Source: an uncultured delta proteobacterium | GTDB taxonomy: Bacteria > Myxococcota_A > Polyangia > Fen-1088 | NCBI GenBank assembly: GCA_963767925.1 | Contig: CAVYGB010000002.1 | Coordinates: 704,001-768,000 of the forward strand | Reading direction: 5' to 3' | DNA: 64,000 nucleotides | Part shown: positions 1-9,599 of the stretch, piece after piece | How positions within the stretch are numbered: the stretch's first letter is position 1 | Layout: every line of letters starts with the position of its first letter | The notes under the pieces: model-generated | What the model saw: the letters and a program-made list of their open reading frames with translations, nothing else | Databases searched by the model: none | Told to the model about the DNA's origin: nothing | Position numbers and translations under genes: made by a program

Positions 1-1
1 G

Positions 2-304
2 GTGCTGCGGGCGATGGGGCACTCCCTCAACGGCATGACCCTCGGCGGCCTGGCCCTGGCGGTGGGCATCCTTGTCGACGACGCCACGGTGGCGATCGAG
101 AACATCCACCGCAACCTGGCCATGGGCAAGACGTTGACCCGGGCCATCCTCGACGGGGCCGAGCAGATCGCGGTCCCGGCCTTCGTCGCCTCGCTGTCGA
201 TCGCCATCGTGTTCGTGTCGCTGGTGTTCCTCGACGGGCCCGCCCGCTTCCTGTTCGTCCCCATGGGCCTGGCGGTCGGGCTGTCGGTGATGGCCTCTTA
301 CCTG
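2..304 (+). pseudogene. RND efflux permease (AcrB-type), partial; truncated after about TM6
   Basis: GLALAVGILVDDATVAIENI is the RND TM4 motif. Similarity stops after VMASYL and the adaptor gene starts ~50 bp later, so the C-terminal half is missing. Confidence 0.75.
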
Positions 305-353
305 CCCCGAGTCCCGAGCTGCCACCCCGCGAACCCCGCACGAGAGAGCCGCC

Positions 354-1610
354 ATGTTCCCCGCCGACACCCGCGACCGACGAGCCGATCAGTCCACCCG
401 GGAAGAGGAAGCGACGGATCCCGGGCGTGCGCCCAACCTGGTGGCGACGGGCGCCCGCGCCGAGAGACCCGGGCGGCGGCGGCGCTGGCCGGCGATCCTG
501 CTGGGGCTGGGCGCGCTGGCGGCGCTGCTGGCGGCCGGGTTGCTGCCGCGCCTGGATCGGCGGCGGGCGCTCGACGCGCGGGCGGTCGAGCTGAGCGGAC
601 CGCCGCGCGTGTCGGTGGCGGCGGTGCGCCGGGGTGAGCCGCGCTCGGAGCTGGTGTTGCCCGGGACCGCGCTGCCGGCGCAGAGCACGGTGATCTACGC
701 GCGCCTCGACGGGTTCGTGCACCAGCTCCACGCCGACCTGGGCGACTCCGTGCGCGAGAACCGGCTGCTGGCCCTGCTGCAGGCGCCGGAGCTGGAGGCC
801 GACCTGGCGCGCGCCCGCGCCCGGCTGGTCGAGCTCGAGCGCAACCTGCAGCTCTCGCACGCCTCGGCCGACCGCCACGCCCGCCTGGCCGAGAGCGGGA
901 TCTCCAGCCAGGAGGCGGCCGACGAGGCCCGGGCCCGGGCCAACTCCGCCGAGGCGTCGCTCGACGCCAGCCGGGCGGAGGTGTCGCGCCTGGGGTCGCT
1001 CTACGCCTACCGGCGGGTGACCGCGCCCTTCGACGGCGTGATCACCCGCCGCACCGTCGACCGGGGCGCCCTGGTCAAGTCGACCAGCACCGCCCTGTTC
1101 GAGATCGCCGAGACCGCGACCCTGAAGGTGTTCGTGGACGTGCCCCAGACGCTGGCCCCCGACGTGCGGCCGGGTCTGGTCGCGCGCGTGTTCGCCCCCG
1201 AGGCGCCCGAGCGGATCGTCGAGGGGAAGGTGGTGCGCACCTCGCGCTCGCTGGATCCCGCGACGCGCACCCTGCGCACGGAGATCCACCTGCCAGGCAG
1301 CGGCCCGCTGCTGGCCGGATCCTTCGTGCGCGTGCGCCTGCAGGTGCAGCGGAGCAACGCCCCCCTGTTGATCCCGGCGGTGGCGCTGGTCACCCGCAAG
1401 GAGGGCCCCCGCGCGATGGTGGTGGCCGCTGGCGGCCGCGTGCAGCAGCGAACCCTGATCGTGGGCCGGGACATGGGGGTCGACGTCGAGGTGCTCGGCG
1501 GCCTCCAGGACGGCGACAAGGTGGTGCTGAGCCCCCCCGATGAGCTGGCCGACGGCGCGACGGTGGAGGCCTCCGAGGTGCGCGCGCCCGAGGCGCCCCG
1601 TGGCAAGTAG
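354..1610 (+). CDS. RND efflux periplasmic adaptor (membrane fusion protein)
   Basis: N-terminal TM, lipoyl-like IYARLDGFV..ADLGDSV, coiled coil, VTAPFDGVIT and LDPATRTL motifs. Confidence 0.93.
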   Translation: MFPADTRDRRADQSTREEEATDPGRAPNLVATGARAERPGRRRRWPAILLGLGALAALLAAGLLPRLDRRRALDARAVELSGPPRVSVAAVRRGEPRSELVLPGTALPAQSTVIYARLDGFVHQLHADLGDSVRENRLLALLQAPELEADLARARARLVELERNLQLSHASADRHARLAESGISSQEAADEARARANSAEASLDASRAEVSRLGSLYAYRRVTAPFDGVITRRTVDRGALVKSTSTALFEIAETATLKVFVDVPQTLAPDVRPGLVARVFAPEAPERIVEGKVVRTSRSLDPATRTLRTEIHLPGSGPLLAGSFVRVRLQVQRSNAPLLIPAVALVTRKEGPRAMVVAAGGRVQQRTLIVGRDMGVDVEVLGGLQDGDKVVLSPPDELADGATVEASEVRAPEAPRGK

Positions 1611-1681
1611 CCCCGGCAGCGAGGGGACGCGGCGGAAGGCGAGGGGTGAGGGGGGTCGGACGGCGGGCGGAGTGAAGGCCC

Positions 1682-2113
1682 ATGTCCTCGACGGCGCTCG
1701 GGTGGGGCGGCGGTTCGTGCTCCAGCGGCGGAGGGTGGGTTCGCGCGGCGTCCACGTCACGGCTTTCGCTCGCGTTGCTCGTGCTGACGGTCGCCACGCC
1801 TGCGCGTGCAAGATCGCAAGCCGGGGGCAGGCCGCCCGCGGCGGCAGCGGGTTCGGCAGCGCCGGCGGCACCGCTGGCACGAGCACCAGCAGCGCAAACT
1901 CAGGCGGCGCCGGCCGCCGCGGCGGAGCCGCCAGCAGCGGAACAACCACCAGCTCCAGCGTCAAACAGACCGGCGTTAACGGCTGTGCCGGCCGCGCCGC
2001 CAGCAGCGGAACAAGCACCAGCTCCCGCGGCGCCGGCGTCAAATGGACCGACGTCAACGGCTGTGCCGCCCGCGGCGGCAGCGGCCGCCACGGATGTGGG
2101 GCCGCGGGTGTAG
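1682..2113 (+). CDS. Ala/Pro-rich hypothetical protein, possibly secreted or a fragment
   Basis: Hydrophobic LSLALLVLTVATPARA then low-complexity sequence with an imperfect ~70-bp duplication at about 1929-2075. Confidence 0.3.
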   Translation: MSSTALGWGGGSCSSGGGWVRAASTSRLSLALLVLTVATPARARSQAGGRPPAAAAGSAAPAAPLARAPAAQTQAAPAAAAEPPAAEQPPAPASNRPALTAVPAAPPAAEQAPAPAAPASNGPTSTAVPPAAAAAATDVGPRV

Positions 2114-2318
2114 GTGTGCTTGCGCCCCGCCCGCTCCTGCGCGACTGCCTCCCGCCGGATCCACCGTGAAATCCGCGGGCTTCCCTGCGACCGGTCCTGG
2201 TGGCTCCGGCGAGCAGAACCGGTACCTCCCGCGGCCGGTCGTGCACTACGGTCGCGGGATGCTCGACACCGCCAGCATCTGCAACGCAACGCGGACCTCT
2301 CGACCGCGCCGGATCGGG

Positions 2319-3164
2319 ATGGCCGTCCGGTCGATGTTGCTGGTGGTGGCGACAGCCTGCGTCCCGAGCGCGCCGCCCGTCGGACCGGGTGGCGGCAACG
2401 GCGACGCCGGCGCGGCCTCCGGGCACGACGGCCAGGCTGGCTCCACCGGCGGGACAGGCGCGGCCACCGGAGGCAGCGGCGGCGGGCCGATCGCCGGCGG
2501 CACCGGTGGAACCGGCGGCGCGGCGGGAGCAGCGCCATCCGCAGGCAGCGGGGGTACCCCAGCCGGCGGCACCGGCGGCCAGGTCCGGATCGACGGCGGT
2601 CCCCGGCGGGACGCTCCGACGACCGCAGACGCAGGCCGCCGCCCCGACGCGGGCCCACCGCGCGCCGACACCGGCCCCCCCGCCCCCGACGGCCCGCCGG
2701 GCGCCCCACCCTCGCCCCCGGGCGGCCCCTGCACCCCCGGTGGCACCGGCCTCGACACCACAACCCCCGGCCTGGTCCTCGATCGCAAGACCTGCCTGAT
2801 CTGGCAACGCCAGGACCCACCGCGCGACGTCAGCGCCTGCCCGCTCATGATCCGGGACAACCCCTCCAAGCTCTGCTTCGACGAAGCCGTCAAGAGCTGC
2901 ACAGCCCTGCGCCTCGACAGCAAGAGCGACTGGCGCCTCCCCACCCAGACCGAGCTGTCGACCCTGGTAGTAGCGAACAACAGCCCCGCCGTCGACCCAG
3001 CCGCCTTCCCCGAAGCAGTCGTGTCGCTGTACTGGACCTCCCAGACCGCCTCCGGAAAAGTCACCTGCGTCGACTTCTCCAACCGCGGCATGGTCAACCC
3101 CAACATCGGCCCCGACGGCCCCCAGGCCTTCCGCTGCGTCCGCGGCCCCGCCACCGCTCGCTGA
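2319..3164 (+). CDS. DUF1566 (Lcl C-terminal) domain lipoprotein
   Basis: Lipobox-like VATAC, Gly/Pro linker, VLDRKTCLIWQ, DWRLPTQTEL, YWTS, FRCVR. Confidence 0.85.
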   Translation: MAVRSMLLVVATACVPSAPPVGPGGGNGDAGAASGHDGQAGSTGGTGAATGGSGGGPIAGGTGGTGGAAGAAPSAGSGGTPAGGTGGQVRIDGGPRRDAPTTADAGRRPDAGPPRADTGPPAPDGPPGAPPSPPGGPCTPGGTGLDTTTPGLVLDRKTCLIWQRQDPPRDVSACPLMIRDNPSKLCFDEAVKSCTALRLDSKSDWRLPTQTELSTLVVANNSPAVDPAAFPEAVVSLYWTSQTASGKVTCVDFSNRGMVNPNIGPDGPQAFRCVRGPATAR

Positions 3165-3213
3165 CCACCCCCACGAGCCACGCCGCCCGCCCGCGTCCAC
3201 GGGCGGATCCACC

Positions 3214-3530
3214 ACTTGAAAAGGGCACTACTCGCTCGCCCCGAACCCACGGCGTGGGCTGCCTGCACCGGTCGGGGGTGCGCCGCAGCCTGCCCCGGGC
3301 TCCGTCCATGACTGAAAAGGCACTACCCAGGCGCACCGAATCTGACGGGTGCGGGACTGGCTCGCGCCCGTCCCTAACTTGAAAAGGGCACTACCCCGAG
3401 CGTCGAACCCGACGGCGTGAGGCTGCCTCCGCCGGCCCGGGGCCGCGCGGCAGCCTGCCCTCGGCTGCGTCGGCAACTTGAAAAGGGCACTACCCGGGCG
3501 CGCCAAACCCGACGGCGCGGGGTGGCGCTC
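3214..3530. repeat. Four-unit intergenic array with core ACTTGAAAAGGGCACTAC (REP/BIME-like)
   Basis: Core at 3214, 3311 (variant), 3377 and 3476. Units 1 and 3 resemble each other, as do units 2 and 4. Confidence 0.8.
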
Positions 3531-3663
3531 GGTGCGGAGGGTGACGGACGCCCCCGACATCCTCCCCCGGCCGGGTTCGCGCCAATCTCGGAGTCGGAAC
3601 ACCGCAGGAGGCGGAAACGTGTGAAGCTCCGGCCGCCCCGCAACCTTCACCCGAGGTGACACC

Positions 3664-4110
3664 ATGAAACGGATCCCGCTGGCCGTGTTTGCCTTTCTCG
3701 CCTGTCTCACGACCTCCGCCACGGGCGACGTGAAGCCCGGCCTCATGGGACCCACCGCCGTGAGCTGGGAGGAGATCATGGGGCGGACCGGCAAGGGCCT
3801 CTCGAAGTCCGTCTTCCAGTCGCCGACCGCCACCCTCGACGAGCTCGAGATGCACATCACCCAGCTCCCCCCCGGCAAGGCCCCCCACCCCCCCCACAAA
3901 CACGCCGCCGAGGAGGTCCTGATCATCCGCGAGGGAACCCTGGAGGCCCTGGTCGACGGCAAGACCCGCCGCCTGGGCCCAGGCTCGGTGATCTTCCAGG
4001 CCTCCAACCAGCTCCACAGCGTGAAGAACGTCGGCGAGACCCCCGCCGTCTACTACGTCATGCGCTGGAACTCCCCCGGCATGCTGAAGACCGCAGCCGC
4101 CAAACCCTGA
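3664..4110 (+). CDS. Secreted cupin domain protein
   Basis: Signal peptide; HPPHKHAAEEVLIIREG and LGPGSVIFQASNQLH cupin motifs. Confidence 0.9.
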   Translation: MKRIPLAVFAFLACLTTSATGDVKPGLMGPTAVSWEEIMGRTGKGLSKSVFQSPTATLDELEMHITQLPPGKAPHPPHKHAAEEVLIIREGTLEALVDGKTRRLGPGSVIFQASNQLHSVKNVGETPAVYYVMRWNSPGMLKTAAAKP

Positions 4111-4240
4111 CCCCTCGGCCGACGGCATGCTGAAGATGGCTGCCGCCAAGCCCTGACTCCTCGGCCGACGCATGCTTAAGACGGCTGCCGCCAAGCCCTG
4201 ACCCCTCGGCCGACGCATGCTGAAGACGGCCGCCGCCAAG
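4081..4240 (+). repeat. 45-46 bp tandem repeat (about 3.6 copies) of the cupin gene 3' end
   Basis: ATGCTGAAGA-type unit starts at 4081, 4127, 4172 and 4217. Confidence 0.9.
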
Positions 4241-4313
4241 GCCGGACGCGCCGGCCGCCCCCTTCCAGGCCGGGTCGAGGGCTGTTCCTCCGGCGCCTGC
4301 TCCCGGGCTCCCC

Positions 4314-4763
4314 TCAGGGTGGCAGGGGGACGGCGCTGATGTGCCCCGTCTCCTCGAGGATCGCGAGCTGGACTTCGCGAGGATGGCGAAAGCCAGCCTT
4401 GCGCAGCCCCGCCAGCAGGTCCTCGTAGGAGAGCCCCTCGTCAGCCAGCGCGTCCTCCGCCACCTGCCCGCGGAACACAAGCGGCCGCGGCGCGCCCCGG
4501 ATGAAACGCCGCACCCGCCGCGAGCGCGCACACGCGACTGCCACCAGCCGGTGCGCCGCGAACACCGACACCACGAAGATGACCGCGTTCCCCGCCCCCG
4601 ACCGCAACGTCACCGTCTGGAGCACCACCGCCAGCCCAATCAACACGACCAGGTCGAACGTGGTCGTCTGCCCCGCCAGGCGCTTGCCCGCCAGCCGAAA
4701 CATCAGGATCAGCGCCGCGTAATACCCCAGCGCCAGCCCCACCTGCTCGATCGCCCCCCACAT
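4314..4763 (-). CDS. DUF421/YetF family membrane protein
   Basis: RLAGKRLAGQTTTFDLVVLI and LAILEETGHISAV motifs; start set at MWGAIEQ. Confidence 0.9.
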   Translation of the reverse strand: MWGAIEQVGLALGYYAALILMFRLAGKRLAGQTTTFDLVVLIGLAVVLQTVTLRSGAGNAVIFVVSVFAAHRLVAVACARSRRVRRFIRGAPRPLVFRGQVAEDALADEGLSYEDLLAGLRKAGFRHPREVQLAILEETGHISAVPLPP

Positions 4764-5051
4764 CACGGAAGATCTGGGTCTCGTTGCCGTCGCTGACCAC
4801 CGGCCGCCGCCAGGATCCCGACGGCGGGCCCAGGCGGACGCGGCGATCACCGGCCCCCAAGGCGCCGCCGGCAGGGCGACCCACCGGCGGGCAGGCTTGC
4901 CGACGAGATGCGCTCCCTCCAGCGGGGGATCCGCAGGGCGCGCAGGGAGTGAAGCGGCCATGCCTGCCGGAGCGCTCGAACTGGAAGGCCGCGCAGGACA
5001 TCGAGATGGACGCCCGACCGTTCGTCGCCCGTCGTTGAGCGTTTACAAGGC

Positions 5052-5134
5052 GGCTGCGTCCCAGCGTTCAGCGGCGAACCGGTGACCGAGCGGCGCGAGG
5101 GAGCCGCGTCGTCCGCTGCACGGCCTTTTTAGCC
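5052..5134 (-). mobile_element. Degenerate integron attC-like site
   Basis: Minus strand GGCTAAA AAGGCCGTGCAGCGGAC...CGCCGCTGAACGC TGGGAC GCAGCC: L boxes intact, R boxes decayed. Confidence 0.6.
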
Positions 5135-5397
5135 GGCTTCTTTCTCGCCCGGAGTGCTGCTGGCAATTCATCGCCCGGGATCGGTGCCACGTCGGAAATT
5201 TTGGCGAGGACAGCATCGAACTTTGAACGGTTCGCTCGCCGGGCGCGCTCCTCGAGGTATCGCTCCGTGAGGAGCGCAGCGAGCTTCTCCGCGACGGCGG
5301 AGTTGATCAACTGATTGATGGAGATCCCTTCCTGCTTCGCGAGCTGTCCCAGCTTTTGGTGGATTGATTCCGGCAATCGAAGGCTCAACGTGCTCAT
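5068..5397 (-). CDS. RHH-type (HicB-family-like) antitoxin, orphan cassette gene
   Basis: MSTLSLRLPESIHQKLGQLAKQEGISINQLINSAVAEK ribbon-helix-helix; the C-terminus runs through the attC. Confidence 0.85.
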   Translation of the reverse strand: MSTLSLRLPESIHQKLGQLAKQEGISINQLINSAVAEKLAALLTERYLEERARRANRSKFDAVLAKISDVAPIPGDELPAALRARKKPAKKAVQRTTRLPRAARSPVRR

Positions 5398-5434
5398 CGC
5401 GACCTCATTCTTCGGCCGAACTTTCATCTTGTCC

Positions 5435-5539
5435 GCCCAACGATCCGGCGTTCAGCGGCGGGGGCGCCGCTGAGAAGATTTTCCGAGCCTCTTGGACGGC
5501 TCGCGAGGCGACGCCGTTCGCTGCAACGCCTGGTTCGGC
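5435..5539 (-). mobile_element. Integron attC site (105 bp)
   Basis: Minus strand GCCGAAC CAGGCGTTGCAGCGAAC...CGCCGCTGAACGC CGGATC GTTGGGC; R' fits GTTRRRY. Confidence 0.85.
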
Positions 5540-5802
5540 CTGACTCGGCTGCGCAGTGGAAACCGTTCGGGGTGATCTATGGATTCGACAGCGAGGTCGA
5601 CGTCAAGAAGCGGCCAATATAAGTGGTTGGGGCTAGGCCGCTCGACTGCGGTGATTTGATGAACGGTAGCGTCCCGAAACCACGGAAACGTGTCGAACGG
5701 CAGAAAGAGTTCTCGGTCGTCGAGCAGCACCCAGAATCCCTGCGGCGAAAGATTCGTGACCTCAACTTCCGAAGTGGGCTTTCCACGCAGCGCGAATTTC
5801 AT
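5452..5802 (-). CDS. DUF2442 domain protein (putative antitoxin, cassette gene)
   Basis: EVTNLSPQGFWVLLDDRELFLPFDTFPWF...LYWPLLDVDLAVESI; the tail PNQALQRTA is translated attC. Confidence 0.88.
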   Translation of the reverse strand: MKFALRGKPTSEVEVTNLSPQGFWVLLDDRELFLPFDTFPWFRDATVHQITAVERPSPNHLYWPLLDVDLAVESIDHPERFPLRSRVRPNQALQRTASPREPSKRLGKSSQRRPRR

Positions 5803-5850
5803 CCTGGTTCTTCCTTACGAGGGGAAGGGCCGTCGCGACCTGACCCGAAC
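5762..5850 (-). pseudogene. C-terminal remnant of a DUF4160-type partner gene
   Basis: Overlapping frame reads SSGQVATALPLVRKNQDEIRAAWKAHFGS*; no matching N-terminus upstream. Confidence 0.6.
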
Positions 5851-5937
5851 TCTTGCCCTTGGCGGTGGTGCGGAAGCGGTCGCCCTCGCTGCGTGCGAAG
5901 CTCCCCAGTCGGCTATCTGGAACGCCGGACGACCACC

Positions 5938-7668
5938 TCACAACGGCGGGGGGACGCGGCGGTGGGTGGCTTGTTCGAAGGCGTAGGCGAGCTCGATCAG
6001 GCGGGGTTCGCTGCAGGCCAGGGCGGTGAAGGAGATGCCGAAGGGGGACGGGCGGGGGGCGAAGGCTGCGGGGAATGGGGGGGTGGGGGTGTTGGGGACG
6101 AGGGCGGCGGGGACGATGATTGTTGGGTAGCCGGGGCGGGCGGCGATGGCGGCGCCGCTGCCGCCGGGGAAGAGGAGGGCGTCGAGGCGGTGTTGTTTCA
6201 TTGTCGCGTCGATGCCCTCGCTAGCGGCCAGGCGCAGGTCGCGGGCGCGGTCGGCGCGGTAGCGGGGGCGGTCGGCTTCCAGGTCCATCTCGTCGGAGAT
6301 GTCGAGGTTGGCCTGGGCGTATTTGATGGCGCCGCCCTTCTGGTGGGCCACGTTCCAGAGGCGCAGCTCGGTGAGTGTCTTGACGGGAGCGGCGGGGCCC
6401 AGTGAGGTCAGCCAGGTGTTGAAGTCGCGCTTCATGCCGTATTTGAAGACGGTCGAGCAGGTGGCGTCGGCGCCGCGCGCGCCGTCGAGGCCGCTGCATA
6501 CCGGCCACAGGAGGAAGTTGCTTTTGGGGTCGGGGGTCACCACGCTGGGGATGTCGGCGGGGTCGACCACGACGGCGCCGCTGGCGCGGAGGGTGGCCAG
6601 CACGCCGGCCATCACCCGGGCGCGCTCGGGGTCGAGGCCGCCGCGCGGCTCCTTCTCGCCGGCCAGGGTGATCGGCTCGTAGAAGAAGGCCCGGGGGACG
6701 CCGATGCGGGCGCCTTTCAGGCCGGCGGAGTCGAGAAAGCGGGTGTAGTCGCGGCCGGGTGGCGGGGGGCAACGGGTGGCTGCCGGGTCGGCGGGGTCGG
6801 GGGTGGCGCCCTCGAGCGCGCCGAGCAGGATGGCGGCGTCGGTGACCGTGCGGGCCATCGGGCCGGCGGTGTCCTGGTCGGCGGTGATGGGGATGATGCC
6901 GTGGCGGCTGATGCGCCCGACGGTCGGCTTGATCCCCACGAGCATGTTCTGGTTGCTGGGGCTGAGGATGGAGCCGGAGGTCTCGGTGCCCACGCTGGCC
7001 GCCCAGAAGCTGGCCGCCGTGCCGGCGCCGGAGCTGGATCCGCCGGTGGCGAGGGCCGGGCGCCCGTCGGCGGTGGCGGGGCGGGGGTCGCGCCGCGGAT
7101 CGTAGGGGTTGAAGCCATAGCCGGTGAGGGCGCAGTAGTTGGTGGGCATGCCGCTGGCGACCCAGTTGGCCAGCTCGGTCATCTGGGTCTTGGCGAGGAC
7201 GATGGCTCCCGCGTCGCGCAGGTTGCGAGCGAGGGTCGCCGGGTAGGGCGGCCGCAGCCCGTCGAAGGCGAGCGCGCCGCCGGTGGTGGGCAGCTCGGTG
7301 GTGTGGATGTTGTCCTTGAGGGCGATGGGGATGCCGTGCAGGGGGCCGAGCTTCTGCCGGCGGCCCGCCCGCTCGCGATCGCGCGCGTCGGCCTCGGCGA
7401 GGGCGGCCGGGTTGACCGCGATGACGGCGTTGAGCCGGTCCTCGTGGACGGCGATCCGGGCGAGGTACTGGGTGACGAGCTCGCGCGCGGTGGTCTTGCC
7501 GCTGTCGAGCGCGGCCCGCAGCTCGGGGATGGTCGCCTCCACGACCGAGAAGCGCCGGTCCTCGCGGGCGGGGGCATCGCCGGCCAGCAGGGGGAGGAGG
7601 GCCAGGGTCAACAGCCGGACGTCTCGCAGGGTCTTCCGTCGCAGGAACATGCCGCTCCTCCAGATCAT
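5938..7668 (-). CDS. Amidase signature family protein, secreted
   Basis: PLHGIPIALKDNI, GGSSSG, SVGTETSGSILSPS; signal peptide; start could be 7650. Confidence 0.95.
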   Translation of the reverse strand: MIWRSGMFLRRKTLRDVRLLTLALLPLLAGDAPAREDRRFSVVEATIPELRAALDSGKTTARELVTQYLARIAVHEDRLNAVIAVNPAALAEADARDRERAGRRQKLGPLHGIPIALKDNIHTTELPTTGGALAFDGLRPPYPATLARNLRDAGAIVLAKTQMTELANWVASGMPTNYCALTGYGFNPYDPRRDPRPATADGRPALATGGSSSGAGTAASFWAASVGTETSGSILSPSNQNMLVGIKPTVGRISRHGIIPITADQDTAGPMARTVTDAAILLGALEGATPDPADPAATRCPPPPGRDYTRFLDSAGLKGARIGVPRAFFYEPITLAGEKEPRGGLDPERARVMAGVLATLRASGAVVVDPADIPSVVTPDPKSNFLLWPVCSGLDGARGADATCSTVFKYGMKRDFNTWLTSLGPAAPVKTLTELRLWNVAHQKGGAIKYAQANLDISDEMDLEADRPRYRADRARDLRLAASEGIDATMKQHRLDALLFPGGSGAAIAARPGYPTIIVPAALVPNTPTPPFPAAFAPRPSPFGISFTALACSEPRLIELAYAFEQATHRRVPPPL

Positions 7669-8453
7669 GCGCGCGTGTTGGCGACGATGAAGTCGGCCAC
7701 CGGGGCGACGTCGATCGGGCCGTGGGGATGGTGCCCGCCGCCTGGCTTGGAGATCACGGTGATGCGACCGCCGAGCGCCCGGTAGCGGGCCTCGAGGAGG
7801 GTGGTGTTCTCGGCGACCGGGACGATGTCGTCGGCGGCGCCCACGACGTGGAGGATGGGGATCTTCGCGCGGGCGATGGGGGCCAGGATGTCGATCGGGT
7901 TGCCGCGCCAGGCGAGCGCCTGCGCTTCGTCGAGCCCGAAGACCTTCTGGAACAGCGCCCAGTCCTTGGGGCTGCCCCGACCCTTGCCGCGGCCGGCGGG
8001 CCAGCTCTTGACGTCGCAGACGGGGGCGTCGCCGTAGATGAGCCCCGTCCGATCAGGGTGGCGTGCGGCCCAGCGGTAGGCGTAAAGGCCGCCGCGGCTC
8101 ACGCCCAGCAGGGCGGGTCGGGCGGCCAGGCCGTGCTGGCTGCTGAGGCGGCCGTGAAAGCTCTCCCAGCGGCGCAGGGTCTCGTCGCTGCCGAAGGTGT
8201 TGCGGCAGCTCAGGAACGCCACGTGCCAGCCCCGCTCCAGCAAGGCCGCGTCGACGCTGGTGAAGTTCCCGAAGAACTCCGCCCACCACAACCAGGGCCG
8301 CCCCGCCGCCGCCCGCCGCGGCGACACGACCACCGCCTCCCGCCCATCGTTGTCGAAGTCGTACCGGTCGAACCCCAGCCACTGCGACTTCTTCCCGGGA
8401 AGCCCGACCGCGCTGGCCAGCACGCCCCGGACCATGTCTCGCCGCGAGAGCAT
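7665..8453 (-). CDS. Alpha/beta hydrolase, possible Tat substrate
   Basis: MLSRRDMV N-terminus, GVSRGG nucleophile elbow, VGAADDIVP, HHPHG. Confidence 0.85.
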   Translation of the reverse strand: MLSRRDMVRGVLASAVGLPGKKSQWLGFDRYDFDNDGREAVVVSPRRAAAGRPWLWWAEFFGNFTSVDAALLERGWHVAFLSCRNTFGSDETLRRWESFHGRLSSQHGLAARPALLGVSRGGLYAYRWAARHPDRTGLIYGDAPVCDVKSWPAGRGKGRGSPKDWALFQKVFGLDEAQALAWRGNPIDILAPIARAKIPILHVVGAADDIVPVAENTTLLEARYRALGGRITVISKPGGGHHPHGPIDVAPVADFIVANTRA

Positions 8454-8617
8454 GCCGCCAGTCAAACACGTTTCCCCGCCGCGGGCGACAGCGGGTCGCC
8501 GGACCCCGGCGCGCCCCACTGCCCGTGCCCGCCCCCGCCGCCGCGGGGCGAGGACAAACAGTGGTCGGGAACCCGGGCGCTTCGGCGCGCCCGCTCTGCC
8601 CGAGCGCCACCGCGGAG

Positions 8618-9070
8618 CTATTCGAAAGACGCCCGGCCTTCGGCCAGGTCGCGGGCGTGCCGGCGGGCGCCGAAGATCAGATCCTCGGCGCCGTAGCCGG
8701 GGAAGAAGAAGATCGGGGTCCCGCCGCGCACGGTGACCTCCTTCGGGAGCATCGGACGGTCGTCCCGGAAAGACCAGGAGGGGTGACGGACGGCCTCCAC
8801 GTCGAGGCAGTGAACCCTCCGGGGCTGCTTGCCCCACCCTACCTCGAGGAAATCACCGTCCACCCAGAGTGGCTGCGTCCGGAACACGATCCGGGCGACG
8901 AACAGGAGGAACACCACGAAAGGAATCATGGCCAGCAACAAGGTCGGCTGAAACCCGCTCTCGCGGGCGATGGCCGTGCCGGCCACGACGAAGATTGTGG
9001 CCACCCCCGCGAAAAGCACCCGCATCGCCACGTGGGTCCATCCGGAATGCAATTGCCGCCGCTCAGCCAT
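8618..9070 (-). CDS. Hypothetical protein with two TM helices
   Basis: Two hydrophobic segments then a beta-rich domain; start overlaps the end of the upstream gene. Confidence 0.7.
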   Translation of the reverse strand: MAERRQLHSGWTHVAMRVLFAGVATIFVVAGTAIARESGFQPTLLLAMIPFVVFLLFVARIVFRTQPLWVDGDFLEVGWGKQPRRVHCLDVEAVRHPSWSFRDDRPMLPKEVTVRGGTPIFFFPGYGAEDLIFGARRHARDLAEGRASFE

Positions 9071-9599
9071 GCAACCGCCCCCCGAGGCGGACCTGTTCGA
9101 CGAAGCCCCCCACCTCATCGGTCAGGGATAGCGCGACGCCCACCGTGCGCAGGACCCGGCGGGCGTCGGCGTCGCCACCAGGGCCGAGGCCGGCGACCAG
9201 GAACCGAAACGATTCCCTTCCGACATTGAACGAGTGTGCGGTCATGACGGTGAGGCGCCCGTCCACTTCCACCACTCGCTCCGCCGCTTCTCCGTGAGGC
9301 GAATGAAAAGTGACCATCTGGGCGCCCGGGGCTGCTCCGCGAGCGACCAGGGTAGAAGGGGAAAGAGCGTTTCCTCGCACCACGGCGAGCGCCGCAGTCA
9401 GCCGGCCTCCCCGATCGCCACCGCCGCAAACCGGTTCGAGCGAGTTGCGCTGTCGGCCAGGCAACTCCCCTGCCAGCACCCAGTCCGGCGGCAGGAGCCA
9501 CTTGTACTGAACGCGATCTACTCGGCCCTCCGTCCAGCGATAGCCGGCGTCGCCGAGCGCCATCAGCGCCGCCCCGTCAACGGTGAGGGGAAGAATCAA
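9063..9599 (-). CDS. Hypothetical soluble protein
   Basis: TTG start overlaps the upstream TGA; contains YKWLLPPDW. Confidence 0.6.
   Translation of the reverse strand: MILPLTVDGAALMALGDAGYRWTEGRVDRVQYKWLLPPDWVLAGELPGRQRNSLEPVCGGGDRGGRLTAALAVVRGNALSPSTLVARGAAPGAQMVTFHSPHGEAAERVVEVDGRLTVMTAHSFNVGRESFRFLVAGLGPGGDADARRVLRTVGVALSLTDEVGGFVEQVRLGGRLHG

Noticed and set aside
3214..3530. CRISPR mini-array suggested by the TTGAAA motif
   Set aside because: Intervening sequences are homologous to each other and uneven in length; no cas genes.
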